A stretch of DNA of 64,000 nt from Candidatus Eremiobacteria bacterium (GCA_963758295.1 CAVWUU010000001.1:672001-736000); one strand, 5' to 3'. Positions 9,790-19,740 are shown, counted from the first letter of the stretch. The notes: generated by a model from the letters alone, not told the origin. Numbers and translations: made by a program.

Positions 9790-9927
9790 ATGATAACCTC
9801 GTCCACGGTACAAACGCTGAACAAAACGCTCCCGGCCGGAACGCGGCCGACAATTCCTCAAGGCGATGCAGCACACTCCGCGCAATCGCTGCGCCCCACC
9901 TTCGACGGTTGGGGTCCGAGGCTCTGA
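9790..9927 (+). CDS. 45-aa small ORF MITSSTVQ...PTFDGWGPRL (not in ORF track)
   Basis: GGAGG 12 nt upstream; fills the gap between the ECF promoter and the DUF4097 SD. Confidence 0.45.
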   Translation: MITSSTVQTLNKTLPAGTRPTIPQGDAAHSAQSLRPTFDGWGPRL

Positions 9928-9938
9928 GGAGCACCGCA

Positions 9939-10886
9939 ATGGACTCGAAGCGCGTAGCGCTCGTCGCCATGCTCGTCGCTGTTGAAGTGCTCCTGCTCGG
10001 GCTGATTCTCAGCTCGCTGCACGTGGGCCCGATGAGCGGGCCGGTGTTCGCAGCTTCGGGACTTCATCGCGTCGACATCGATTCTAAATCATACGCGCCG
10101 GTCAACGCCGGCACGTCACCGGACGTGGAGATCGACGATAGCGACAATCACGTCGTCGTTACCGCGTCGACCGACGGACTCGTTCACGTCACCGACGCAC
10201 GCAGCATCCACGGATTAGTGTGGGGCGGCGGCAACGGATCCGATCTATCGATCGCGCACTTCGGGAATAGCGTAAAAATTACACGCGATGGACATTCAGG
10301 CGGTATGACGGGCATCTTCGGCTCGAGCTATCAACGCGTCGAAGTCGAAGTGCCGAGCGCATCGCACGTTCGCGTCACGGGGTCTTCCGGCGCCAATGTC
10401 AGCGGCATGCGCAATGACGTCGAAGTCGAGTCGCAAGACGGCCGCATCACGCTAGCCGATATTCGCGGCGACGTGAAGGCACGATCGGCGGACGGCAGCG
10501 TGCATCTCAGCGACATCGTCGCGGACTCGCTCGAAGTCAGCACCGCCGACGGGCGCGTCGAAGGCACCAACGTCGCGGTCGAAGGCAGCACGCCGCGCGC
10601 AACATTGCACAGCGACGACGGATCCGTGCGCATAAGCGGACGCTTCGCGCCCGGCGGCGCCTATCAACTTTCTACAAACGACGGTCAGGTGGAGCTGCAT
10701 CTTGCAGCGGACGCCGACCTTACCGTAAGCGCGAGCAGCGCCGACGGGAGAATTTATGTCGACGGATCGCGGTATGGGGACCGCGACTCATCGGCGCACA
10801 CGATTCGTCTGGGCAACGGCTCCGGCACGATGCAGCTAAGCTCGCAAGACGGATCGATCCACATTACGACGAACGGAGCGACCTAG
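9939..10886 (+). CDS. membrane-anchored DUF4097 beta-strand repeat protein
   Basis: SD GAGGAG, N-terminal TM, repeated SxDGxI/V units. Confidence 0.8.
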   Translation: MDSKRVALVAMLVAVEVLLLGLILSSLHVGPMSGPVFAASGLHRVDIDSKSYAPVNAGTSPDVEIDDSDNHVVVTASTDGLVHVTDARSIHGLVWGGGNGSDLSIAHFGNSVKITRDGHSGGMTGIFGSSYQRVEVEVPSASHVRVTGSSGANVSGMRNDVEVESQDGRITLADIRGDVKARSADGSVHLSDIVADSLEVSTADGRVEGTNVAVEGSTPRATLHSDDGSVRISGRFAPGGAYQLSTNDGQVELHLAADADLTVSASSADGRIYVDGSRYGDRDSSAHTIRLGNGSGTMQLSSQDGSIHITTNGAT

Positions 10887-10890
10887 ATCA

Positions 10891-11511
10891 ATGCCTGATG
10901 AACTCATCCCCCTCTTTGGAATCTTCTTTCTCTTCGGAGCGCCCGTAGCGGCATGGATTGTGTCGCGAGTGCTGGCGCACCAGGAACGAATGGAGATGAT
11001 CCGCCGAGGCTATATTCCGCCGGCCGATCCGCGACTGGCCCGGCGCGCGGCGAAAATGGGCTGGCAGCAGCCCGGCGCGGTTCCACCGCCCTTCGGCAAC
11101 GTGCCGCCTCCGCCGGGAGCGGACTTCTTCGACCCAAGCTATTACGCGCAAACCCAAATGCGTAAGGGCATTACCGTAACCCTCATTGGCCTGGCGCTGC
11201 TCATCGGACTTTCGTTCATCGGCGCCCGCGGCGACGGGACGATCCATCCGGGTCCCTGGCTGCTCGGCGGCTTGATCCCCATGTTCGTGGGCATTGCCCA
11301 GGTGATTAACGCCGTGCTGAACGGCGCGCGCTTCCCAGGTCTTAATTCAGGTGCTCCGAGTGGACGCCCAGTCGATACCAGCTCGTTCGGTCCACGGCCG
11401 GCTGCCGGTCCGGGACCGATGCCCGAGCCGCCGTCGCAACCGTACGCCGGCTGGCGTCCGGGCCCAACGCCCGAAATTGAGAAGCCGGCGCCCCCGCCCG
11501 ATCTGCGATAA
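10891..11511 (+). CDS. DUF6249-like membrane protein with Pro-rich tail
   Basis: HQERMEMIRRG and MRKGI motifs, three TM segments. Confidence 0.6.
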   Translation: MPDELIPLFGIFFLFGAPVAAWIVSRVLAHQERMEMIRRGYIPPADPRLARRAAKMGWQQPGAVPPPFGNVPPPPGADFFDPSYYAQTQMRKGITVTLIGLALLIGLSFIGARGDGTIHPGPWLLGGLIPMFVGIAQVINAVLNGARFPGLNSGAPSGRPVDTSSFGPRPAAGPGPMPEPPSQPYAGWRPGPTPEIEKPAPPPDLR

Positions 11512-11537
11512 ACTTCGCTTCGTTCGTCCCCTAAGAC

Positions 11538-11572
11538 AAAAGACGCCGCCGGTTTTACCGGCGGCGTCTCTT
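11538..11572. terminator. bidirectional intrinsic terminator
   Basis: 13-bp stem AGACGCCGCCGGT/ACCGGCGGCGTCT between convergent genes; A-run on the left side. Confidence 0.8.
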
Positions 11573-11637
11573 GCTGCTGCTAGAGGTTTAACTTGAAAGG
11601 AATGATTGCGTTTAGTGAAGCGACGTTTGTCGGAGGA

Positions 11638-11778
11638 TTACCGGCAGTTGACGAGTGCGATCGCCCAGCCAGCCGTGGTTCTTGTACGAACAAGATATCC
11701 GTCCGCAGTCCGGTCGTACACCTGATACCCGGCGCGAAGCGCGTCGGCTAGCGATTTAAAGACCATAAGACCTGCCAT
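11638..11778 (-). CDS. 46-aa small protein MAGLMVFKSLADALRAGYQVYDRTADGYLVRTRTTAGWAIALVNCR (not in ORF track)
   Basis: SD GAAGGAGG upstream, protein-like composition, own promoter and terminator. Confidence 0.75.
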   Translation of the reverse strand: MAGLMVFKSLADALRAGYQVYDRTADGYLVRTRTTAGWAIALVNCR

Positions 11779-11822
11779 CTGCGGACCCTCCTTCCCGACG
11801 ATTTTTCGTCTCTGTTCTATAT

Positions 11823-11848
11823 AACGGCTTTTGTCTCACAAAGGTTCA
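11823..11848 (-). promoter_or_regulatory. ECF-type promoter TGAACC-N16-CGTT
   Basis: Correct 16-nt spacer; 45 nt upstream of the 46-aa ORF. Confidence 0.5.
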
Positions 11849-11898
11849 GTGTTTCGCCCCGGATTTTTCTTAGAATTTGCGAAACTGTTGTTTTTATT

Positions 11899-12724
11899 AT
11901 GCCCACCATCTCGCCGTATGTCACCGTTCATTCCGTTAGCGTTATCGACCGAAAAGAACTCGCACCTAACGTATTCCTTATTAGTTTCGACGCTCCGGAA
12001 CTTGTGCGCGTGACCCGTCCGGGGCAATTCGTTATGGTCATTCCTCCTAGTGGAGAGTCTGCGGCTACGGCATTAGGACTTTATGAAGCGGACGGGCGCC
12101 ATGCCAGCCTCGTCTTTTTTGTTGTCGGGCCGCGAACGCGCGAACTTGCGGCGTTGCGAGCAGGCGATACGCTTGGTGTCGTGGGTCCGCTTGGCAACGG
12201 ATTTACCCTCGCTCCGGCCGATAAAGACGTGGCCATCGTAGCGGGGGGCGTGGGCATCGCCTCGGTTCTGCTTCCCGCTCAGGCGCTTGTACGGGCCGGC
12301 GCGCGCGTGCGGCTTCTTTACGGCGCTCGCAACGCTGAATTACTCGTGGAAGCCGAGCGTTTCCGTGAAGAAGGCTGTGAAGTACTCGTTGCAACGGACG
12401 ACGGAAGCGAGGGACATCACGGGTACGTTACCGATCTGCTTGCAACGCTGAGCGATCCGCCGCAAATGATTCTTGCCTGCGGTCCCTCGCCGATGTTGCG
12501 TTCGGTCGCGCGAGTCGCCGCCGAGTCGAACGTTCCGGCGCAGTTGTCGCTGGAAGAAACGTTTGCATGCGGCGTCGGCGGATGCTGGGGCTGCGTCGTT
12601 CCGCTTGTCGGCACGAGCGCACAGGCACCGAGCTTTCCCCGCGGAACGCGGCGGCAGCGACGTCGTGTACGCGCGCATTTGCAAAGAGGGCCCGGTCTTT
12701 TGGGCCCACGAGCTGCGATGGTAA
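11899..12724 (+). CDS. pyrK: dihydroorotate dehydrogenase electron transfer subunit (frameshift near 12640)
   Basis: PGQFVMV, GPLGNGF, AGGVG, ACGP, CGVGGCWGC; C-terminal ICKEGPVF lies in another frame. Confidence 0.9.
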
Positions 12725-12803
12725 ATTCGGCGAAGCCGAACGCGTCGGGTTTTTAACGCTACACTCAAAAGCCGCCGTATACGAAAGTAAAAGAATAGAA
12801 CAG

Positions 12804-13769
12804 ATGTTAGCAACGACAGAAATAGATCTAACTACGACGGTAGGAAAACTCGAGTTGCCCTACCCGACGTTCATGGGCAGCGGTTGTTACGGCAGCGGCG
12901 AGGAATTTGCGCCGTTCGTCGACCTAAGCAAAATCGGCGCGGTGGTGCTGAAGAGCGTTACGCGGCAACCGCGTTTGGGCAATCCGACAGCGCGGCTCGT
13001 TCATACGCCCTCGGGGATGTTAAATGCCATCGGCTTGCAGAATCCGGGCATCGACTGGTACATGGAGCACGACGTCGCGAAGTTTGCGTCGCGCCCGTGC
13101 GCCGTTGTCGGCAGCGTCGCCGGCTTCTCGGTCGACGATTATGCCTATGTTTGCCAACGATTGGCTTCGCGTGACGAAATCAAAGCCATCGAACTGAACA
13201 TCTCCTGCCCGAACGTCGCGAGTGAAGGCGAAACCTTCGCCTGCGATCCCAAACTCACCGCAAAAGTGGTTAGCAGCGCGCGTTCGACCACCGACAAGAC
13301 ATTGATCGTGAAGCTTTCGCCCAACGTCACGGATATCGCCGGGATAGCCCGCGAAGCCGAGAGCGCCGGTGCCGATGCGCTCGCCGTCGTCAATACCGTG
13401 CGCGGGATGGCGATCGACGTAGAAACGTGGCGGCCGCGTCTGGGCAACGTCACCGGCGGGCTATCGGGCCCGGCGATCCGGCCCATCGCGGTGCTCGCCG
13501 TTTATGAAGTCGCGCGCGCGGTCAAGATTCCGATTATCGGACAGGGCGGCATCGAAACCGTCAGCGACGCGCTCGAATTCTTTCTCGCCGGTGCGACGGC
13601 CATCTCGGTTGGCACCGGCAACTTCACCGATCCCCGAATTCCGGTACGCATCGTGGACGAACTTCGAGACTACCTTGCGCGCAAGAATTTGCGATCGCTC
13701 AGGCAAATCGTGGGCAAAGCCAATGTCGGCTTCGCAAATCCATACCAATACGAGGGAGATGAAGGTTGA
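12804..13769 (+). CDS. pyrD: dihydroorotate dehydrogenase family 1B catalytic subunit
   Basis: NAIGLQNPG, ELNISCPN, VKLSPN, GGLSG. Confidence 0.95.
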   Translation: MLATTEIDLTTTVGKLELPYPTFMGSGCYGSGEEFAPFVDLSKIGAVVLKSVTRQPRLGNPTARLVHTPSGMLNAIGLQNPGIDWYMEHDVAKFASRPCAVVGSVAGFSVDDYAYVCQRLASRDEIKAIELNISCPNVASEGETFACDPKLTAKVVSSARSTTDKTLIVKLSPNVTDIAGIAREAESAGADALAVVNTVRGMAIDVETWRPRLGNVTGGLSGPAIRPIAVLAVYEVARAVKIPIIGQGGIETVSDALEFFLAGATAISVGTGNFTDPRIPVRIVDELRDYLARKNLRSLRQIVGKANVGFANPYQYEGDEG

Positions 13770-14476
13770 GTCAACTGATCGTCGCGCTGGACGTTCCGAG
13801 CGCTGAAGACGCCGAACGGCTGATAGACGAGCTGTATGAACTCGATGTCATCTTCAAAGTGGGTATGGAAGCTGCTTACGGGTACGGCAACCGGATTTTT
13901 TCGTATCTGGAGTCGCGCGACGTTCGTTACTTCGTCGATTTGAAGCTGCACGATATTCCGCGCACTGTCGGCGCCGCGATTCGGCAGCTGGTGCGCCCGG
14001 GTGCGCACATCATCAACGTCCACGCGCTGGGCGGCGACGAGATGATGCGCACGGCGGTCCAAAATGCGTACGAACGGGCCGATGAACTAGGCCTGAGCCG
14101 TCCGCACGTTTTTGCGGTGACGATTCTTACGAGCCATGGAGTCGCCGATCTCGGTGAACTGGGGCTTACCGGCGGTCCGGGCGAAAATGCGACGCGCCTA
14201 GCCGCGTTGGCGCGCGATGCAGGGTGTTCCGGCGTCGTATGCAGCGCGCATGAAGTCGCCGATTTGAAGAATTTTTTCGGTCAAGACTTCTTGGCGCTTA
14301 CCCCGGGCATTCGCCCTTCGGGCGCGTCGCACGGCGATCAGAAGCGCGTGATGACCCCCGCGATGGCGGTCGCGGCCGGCGCCGATTACCTCGTGGTCGG
14401 ACGTCCCATCACGGAAGCACCAAATCGGTTGGAAGCCGCAAAGGCGATTCTCAAAGAGATGCAAAGTCCCGCATAA
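13766..14476 (+). CDS. pyrF: orotidine-5'-phosphate decarboxylase
   Basis: IVALD, DLKLHDIP, TPGIRP, VVGRPI. Confidence 0.95.
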   Translation: MSQLIVALDVPSAEDAERLIDELYELDVIFKVGMEAAYGYGNRIFSYLESRDVRYFVDLKLHDIPRTVGAAIRQLVRPGAHIINVHALGGDEMMRTAVQNAYERADELGLSRPHVFAVTILTSHGVADLGELGLTGGPGENATRLAALARDAGCSGVVCSAHEVADLKNFFGQDFLALTPGIRPSGASHGDQKRVMTPAMAVAAGADYLVVGRPITEAPNRLEAAKAILKEMQSPA

Positions 14477-15040
14477 ATGGCGTTCGATCTTATGAAGGCA
14501 CTCGAAGACCGCGGAGCGCTCCTGAACGGGCACTTTCGCTTGAGCTCGGGGCGCCACAGCAACCGGTTCGTTCAGAAATTCCGCGTGCTCGAAAGCCCGC
14601 CGCTCGTTGAAGCGGTGGCGCGGCAGATCGCCGACGCCTTTCGCATGGATAACGTGACGATCGTCGTGAGCGCCGCCGTCGGCGGTATCGTGCTGGGGTA
14701 CGAAGTTGCGCGCCAGCTCGGCACGGACGCGATCTTCGTGGAGAAAGAAAACGGTGTTGCGGTGCTGCGCCGCAGCTTCCAACTGAACCCCGAAGATCGT
14801 GTGCTCGTCGTAGAAGACGTCGTTACGACCGGCATGTCCGTTCGCGAAGTGTTGAACGTCGTGCGGCAGCATGGCGCAACGCCCGTGGGCGTGGGCGTGA
14901 TCGTCGAGCGCGGTGCGGCGGATTTCGGCGTGCGAACGGAGGCGCTATTGAAATTACCGATCGAATCGTACGAGGCTGCGGAGTGTCCGCAGTGCGAACG
15001 GAACGAGGCGATCACCGACCCGGGATCGCGGCGTAAATAG
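14477..15040 (+). CDS. pyrE: orotate phosphoribosyltransferase
   Basis: GHFRLSSGRHS, VVEDVVTTG; last gene of pyr cluster. Confidence 0.95.
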   Translation: MAFDLMKALEDRGALLNGHFRLSSGRHSNRFVQKFRVLESPPLVEAVARQIADAFRMDNVTIVVSAAVGGIVLGYEVARQLGTDAIFVEKENGVAVLRRSFQLNPEDRVLVVEDVVTTGMSVREVLNVVRQHGATPVGVGVIVERGAADFGVRTEALLKLPIESYEAAECPQCERNEAITDPGSRRK

Positions 15041-15043
15041 TCT

Positions 15044-15499
15044 ATGACGATTCGCGATGCGCTGCCGGAGGATAAGTCGTTCATCGAAACACTCGGCAAG
15101 CGCACCGTGATGGGGAGCGTCTCCGCGTGGCGTCATGCGGAGCCCGCAGAGGTACTGCGCAGCTACGACCGGCTGCTCCGAATCGTTAACGGGCAGTCGC
15201 ACCTCACCCTCATCGCGGAAGACAATGGCCACCGCGCCGGGTTTCTTCTGCTGCTGGACCGGCTTCCCGACGAAGTTACCGGCGAAGAAGAAGGGTTCAT
15301 CGCCTATATGGCCGTCGAGCGCGAACACCGGCGCGCCGGCGTGGGCGCAGCGTTGCTTGCGCGGGCTGAAGATGAGGCCCGGCGTCGCGGATTGCCGTAT
15401 ATGACGCTAATGGTTACCGAGGAGAACGCGGCCGCGCGCGCACTTTATGAAAGTGCCGGCTATACGACGGAGCGGCGGCTGCTATGCAAAACGCTCTGA
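15044..15499 (+). CDS. GNAT family N-acetyltransferase
   Basis: HRRAGVG and NAAARALYESAGY motifs. Confidence 0.85.
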   Translation: MTIRDALPEDKSFIETLGKRTVMGSVSAWRHAEPAEVLRSYDRLLRIVNGQSHLTLIAEDNGHRAGFLLLLDRLPDEVTGEEEGFIAYMAVEREHRRAGVGAALLARAEDEARRRGLPYMTLMVTEENAAARALYESAGYTTERRLLCKTL

Positions 15500-16566
15500 G
15501 CCCCGCCGGCTGGCGCCGCATTATGGTGGGCTTCGCCGTCGTCGTTGTCGTGATCGCAGCGTGGATCTTCATTTGGCACATCCCGCGCACGATGGCGATC
15601 TTTTTGATCGCAGCCTTCATCGCATTCGGCGTGCAGCCCGTCGCGCGCCGTCTAGAAGCGAAGCTGCCCAAAGCACTGGCGATCGCCATCGTCTTCGCCG
15701 TGTTGATTCTTGTCATCGTGATCGGTTTGGTGATTATCGTTCCGCTTACGGTCGCGCAGTTGCAAGTGCTCGGCAACAACATGCCCTCGTACATCCTCGG
15801 CATGCAAAATTGGGTTTCCGGTGCCGAACAATGGCTGCAGGGCCGCGTTCCGGGGCTGCATCTTACCTCGAATACCTTCGATATCGCGCAGTTGAGTTCG
15901 GCACGGTTAAACGCCCTTGCAACGGGAACGCTCACGTCGCTGGGCGCGATCGTCATCGGCACGGCCACGGCGTTTTTCGTGGCTTTTTCCGCCATCGTTC
16001 TCTCGTTTTTCTTCCTGCTCAACAATACGCAGATCTCCGAGGGATTTGCGGCAATGTTTCCGGTCGATCGCCGCGAAACCGCGCGAAAGCTCGCGGCGGA
16101 AATAACCGAAACGTTCGGCAGCTACATCTCGGGGCAAGTCATCGTCTGCGCGATCACCGGCGTCGTGATTTCGATTCTGAGCGCGGCCATCGGCTTCAAA
16201 TTTTCCCTGATCCTAGGCATCATCTCGGCCGTCGCTTACGCGATTCCAGTCATCGGAATGCTCATCGCGGAAGCCATCGCGATCGTCCTTTGCGCGCCGC
16301 AGGGCGGATGGATGATCCTCTGGGTGCAAGTCATCATGTTCGGCATGGCACGGGTCAGCGACAATATTCTCGTGCCGCGTATCATGGGATCGTCCGTCGG
16401 CGTTTCGCCGATCGGCGTGATGTTCGCGGTCTTCGCGGGTGGCGAATTATTCGGCATACCGGGCTTGCTTTTAGGCATCCCGGCGGCCGCTCTTATCAAA
16501 ATACTGTGGCGCTACTTCGTTGCGCCGTGGCTCATAGCGCAGCTCGATCGTACGGCCGTGCGCTAG
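15484..16566 (+). CDS. AI-2E family transporter
   Basis: Multiple TM segments; NILVPRIMG and GGELFGIPGLLLGIP. Confidence 0.9.
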   Translation: MQNALSPAGWRRIMVGFAVVVVVIAAWIFIWHIPRTMAIFLIAAFIAFGVQPVARRLEAKLPKALAIAIVFAVLILVIVIGLVIIVPLTVAQLQVLGNNMPSYILGMQNWVSGAEQWLQGRVPGLHLTSNTFDIAQLSSARLNALATGTLTSLGAIVIGTATAFFVAFSAIVLSFFFLLNNTQISEGFAAMFPVDRRETARKLAAEITETFGSYISGQVIVCAITGVVISILSAAIGFKFSLILGIISAVAYAIPVIGMLIAEAIAIVLCAPQGGWMILWVQVIMFGMARVSDNILVPRIMGSSVGVSPIGVMFAVFAGGELFGIPGLLLGIPAAALIKILWRYFVAPWLIAQLDRTAVR

Positions 16567-17348
16567 CTTCGGTCACGAAGCCCTTGAAGCTCTGCGCGCA
16601 GGGCCTTCAATTCTTTCATGACGTCCGCGTTCGTCGGCTCTGTTTCATCTGCGGAGGCATCCTTGTGCACGAAGTAACTCGCAATTGCGGCGGTGATGTA
16701 GCCGAAAACCGAAAAGGCGAAGAGCGCGAGTAGGAAGCACAGCACCTGGCCGCCGGCGGTTTGCGGATAGTACGCGGAGCCCATCGTCGTCATAATCATG
16801 CCGGTCCACCACAACGCGTACCCGAAGCTCGGAATCGCGTTCGCTGAATGGGGCTCGAGGGCATAAATGCCGGCCGCGCCCGCAAACGTGACAACGAGGG
16901 AAACGGCGAGCACGTAAGCCATGCCTCGCCGCCGCATCGTGGATCCGAGCACCGTGATGCTGCGGTTGAGTCCGCTGAGCAGCCGGAAGATAAGGACTTG
17001 CCAGGACGGGAGCATCGCCAGAAGCCGCGTGAGCCGCAAAACGCTCAGCGCCGGCAAGACCAAGCTCAAAGCAACGAGCCAGTGCCGCTTGAGAAATGAA
17101 ATCTTCTTCGGTGCAATCAGCAGCCGGATAGTAAAATCGACGACGAAGATCACCCAAACGGCGATCGTTGCATCGTTGATCCACGCGTTCTGTCCGTAAA
17201 CCAGCTGCAAAACCAGGAGAAGAAGCCATAGGATGCCGAGGAAAATCAGCGGCTTCTCGAGCGCGCCGTCGATCTTGCGAAGAAGGGCAAAACGCTCTCT
17301 TGCAACGGCGCGCGGATGCGGTTCTACGCGGGGAGCGTTCTGTGCCAT
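16563..17348 (-). CDS. voltage-gated-type ion (potassium) channel protein
   Basis: S4-like LRLTRL, pore helix ALWW...TTMGS. Confidence 0.8.
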   Translation of the reverse strand: MAQNAPRVEPHPRAVARERFALLRKIDGALEKPLIFLGILWLLLLVLQLVYGQNAWINDATIAVWVIFVVDFTIRLLIAPKKISFLKRHWLVALSLVLPALSVLRLTRLLAMLPSWQVLIFRLLSGLNRSITVLGSTMRRRGMAYVLAVSLVVTFAGAAGIYALEPHSANAIPSFGYALWWTGMIMTTMGSAYYPQTAGGQVLCFLLALFAFSVFGYITAAIASYFVHKDASADETEPTNADVMKELKALRAELQGLRDRS

Positions 17349-17390
17349 ACTGGAACTATTCCCATCTGGGTTCCAACGATAGGAGGCCTC

Positions 17391-18554
17391 TTGCGCCACC
17401 TCATTGCGTTGCTTTCGGTCCTGCTCTTGGCGCTCTCGAGCGGTACGTCGGATATCTCAGGCACTTGGCAGGGCGTAATGGATGGTCCCACGGGCAAAAT
17501 TCGACGCATCATGGTGATCGCGAAGAATGGTCCCGTATACGGCGTAACGATTCACAGTATCGACGAGACCGACGTCCCGATCGTCACAAAGAACGTCACG
17601 GTATCCGGCCACGCCGTTACGATGAAGTTCGACATGAACGCCGATCCATGGCTTGATTATCACCGCCTCTATCAAGCCCATCTCTCTTCGAACGGATCGG
17701 AGTTGAGCGGCACCTGGTCGATTCCCGGTTTTAAGCCGGTCGTCATGGATTACGCGCGCGTCGCGCATGCGTCATGGCCGGTTGTCGAACCGAAGACGAC
17801 GATGGTCGAAGTCCAGCCGGGCGTGCGTGTTGAGGTGCTGGACTGGGGCGGCAGCGGACGGCCGGTGTTCTTGCTCGCGGGAGCCGGGAACACGGGCCAC
17901 GATTTCTTCGGCCTGGTGCCAAAATTGGAGAGCCGCTACCATGTCTACTCGATGACGCGGCGCGGTTTCGGGAACTCCAGCAAGCCGCCTTTTACCGCAC
18001 GAAATTATTCTGCGGACCGCTTGGGCGATGACGTCGTCGCGGCAATCGACGCAATGCATTTGGTAAGGCCCGTGCTCATCGGCCATTCGCTCGGCGGAGA
18101 AGAATTAAGCGACGTGGGGACGCGTTATCCCCAAAAGGCGTCAGCGTTAATTTATTTAGACGCCGGCTACTGGTACGCATTCGATTCCGGGCATAAGCCG
18201 GCCGATGCATCACTAAGAGCCGATGCCCCGCCGGAATTGCGCGCGCTCCTAGGCGGCACAAAAAGCTTCAAGGGGCCCATAAACCTTCCAATTCTGGCGA
18301 TTTTCGCGTATCCGAAAAACTATTCGCATCTTCCCAAAGCTTATCGCACCGCGCAGAAAATCAAGGAAAACAATGCCGCCGACGATGCCGAAATTTCGGG
18401 CTTCACACGCGGACTTCCGAACGCGAAAGTGATCCGCATTGCCAATGCAGATCACTTCATTTACGTCTCGAACCAGACCGACGTCCTGCGCGACATCAAC
18501 GGCTTCATCGGCGCCTTGCCGCGTGCTAGACAGCGTCCCGGCGGATCGAGGTAG
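17391..18554 (+). CDS. secreted alpha/beta hydrolase
   Basis: SD AGGAGG, signal peptide, DWGGSG, RRGFG, GHSLGG nucleophile elbow. Confidence 0.85.
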   Translation: MRHLIALLSVLLLALSSGTSDISGTWQGVMDGPTGKIRRIMVIAKNGPVYGVTIHSIDETDVPIVTKNVTVSGHAVTMKFDMNADPWLDYHRLYQAHLSSNGSELSGTWSIPGFKPVVMDYARVAHASWPVVEPKTTMVEVQPGVRVEVLDWGGSGRPVFLLAGAGNTGHDFFGLVPKLESRYHVYSMTRRGFGNSSKPPFTARNYSADRLGDDVVAAIDAMHLVRPVLIGHSLGGEELSDVGTRYPQKASALIYLDAGYWYAFDSGHKPADASLRADAPPELRALLGGTKSFKGPINLPILAIFAYPKNYSHLPKAYRTAQKIKENNAADDAEISGFTRGLPNAKVIRIANADHFIYVSNQTDVLRDINGFIGALPRARQRPGGSR

Positions 18555-18559
18555 CGAAT

Positions 18560-19735
18560 ATGAAAAGGCCCGTATTCGCGTTTTTTTTGCTGTGCGCAGC
18601 TTGCATATTTTCATGGTCGCCGGCTCGTGCCGCGACGGCCGCTTGCGGCGCGGCTGCGTCCTACGACGTCGCACTGCCCGGTGCGCCGATGGGCATCGTG
18701 CCGGTACCGGACGGAAGAACGGTTTTCGTCGCGCTCAATGCAACCAACCCGAGCCAAATAAACGGCATTGCGGTTCTCCATTGCCAGCGCGGCCGGTACG
18801 CGGTATCACGCGTGTACCGGATGGAGAGCCAGCCGACGATTCCAGCGCTGACCCACGACGGGAAAATGCTTGTAGTCCCGGACGACAACTACATTGCGTT
18901 TCTCGACACGAAAATACTTGGCGAAAGCGACGGCGATGCGTTACTCGGCTACGTCGAAGATCTTCCGGGTGACGATGGCGGCGCGATCTACGCTGCGGTT
19001 TCGCCGGACGATCGGTATGCTTTAGTAGCGGAAGAGCAGAGCGGAACGCTAACGGTGATCGATCTAAGCCGGGTGCGCTCGAAGCCGGCCGGCCGCGACG
19101 CGATTGCTGCTGAAATCCTGATTGGAAATGCTCCGGTTGCGCTTGTCTACTCCAAGGACGGCAGGCATCTTTTTGCAACGGTGCAGATCGCCCTGAACCG
19201 GACAAAGTGGGAAGAGCATTGCAAGCCGGAGAGCGGCTCGCAGAACGATCCGAGAGCACGGGAAGGCGCCGTTGTGGTGCTCGACGCCGCGCGGATAGTC
19301 TCCGACAAAGAGAAATCGATCGTCGCGTACGTGCCTGCCGGTTGCCATCCGGTTCGAGCGGCGCTCACGCCGGACGGCAACGCGCTGTGGGTTAGCGCTC
19401 GACAGTCAAACTTGGCCATCGCCTTCGACACGGCAGCGCTCGTCAACGCGTCCTCGAATGCTCGTATTGGCCAAGTAAGCGTTGGTCCCGCGCCGGTTCC
19501 GATCGTCGTTTCAGCGAGTGGAAACCACGTGCTCGTCGGCAACAGCAATCGCTTCAACGGTCCTACTGCGGCCTCGTCGGTAGACATCATTGACGTTAAG
19601 CAAAAGGCGGTCGTAGGCCACCTAAAGGCAGGCGCATTCCCTCGCCAGTTCGCAACCAGCCCCGACGGATCGACGATTTTTCTCAGTAACTTCGGATCCT
19701 CGACGCTGTCGATTATCGACGCGACGTCGCTATAG
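18560..19735 (+). CDS. secreted YncE-like beta-propeller protein
   Basis: Signal peptide and repeated SPDG/TPDG blades. Confidence 0.75.
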   Translation: MKRPVFAFFLLCAACIFSWSPARAATAACGAAASYDVALPGAPMGIVPVPDGRTVFVALNATNPSQINGIAVLHCQRGRYAVSRVYRMESQPTIPALTHDGKMLVVPDDNYIAFLDTKILGESDGDALLGYVEDLPGDDGGAIYAAVSPDDRYALVAEEQSGTLTVIDLSRVRSKPAGRDAIAAEILIGNAPVALVYSKDGRHLFATVQIALNRTKWEEHCKPESGSQNDPRAREGAVVVLDAARIVSDKEKSIVAYVPAGCHPVRAALTPDGNALWVSARQSNLAIAFDTAALVNASSNARIGQVSVGPAPVPIVVSASGNHVLVGNSNRFNGPTAASSVDIIDVKQKAVVGHLKAGAFPRQFATSPDGSTIFLSNFGSSTLSIIDATSL

Positions 19736-19740
19736 GGGCT

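Noticed and set aside
11790..11898. PyrR attenuator upstream of pyrK
   Set aside because: No PyrR-binding loop motif or terminator/antiterminator recognised
12600..12724. Programmed frameshifting in pyrK or other genes
   Set aside because: No slippery heptamer or stimulator seen; indels are too widespread and fit sequencing error
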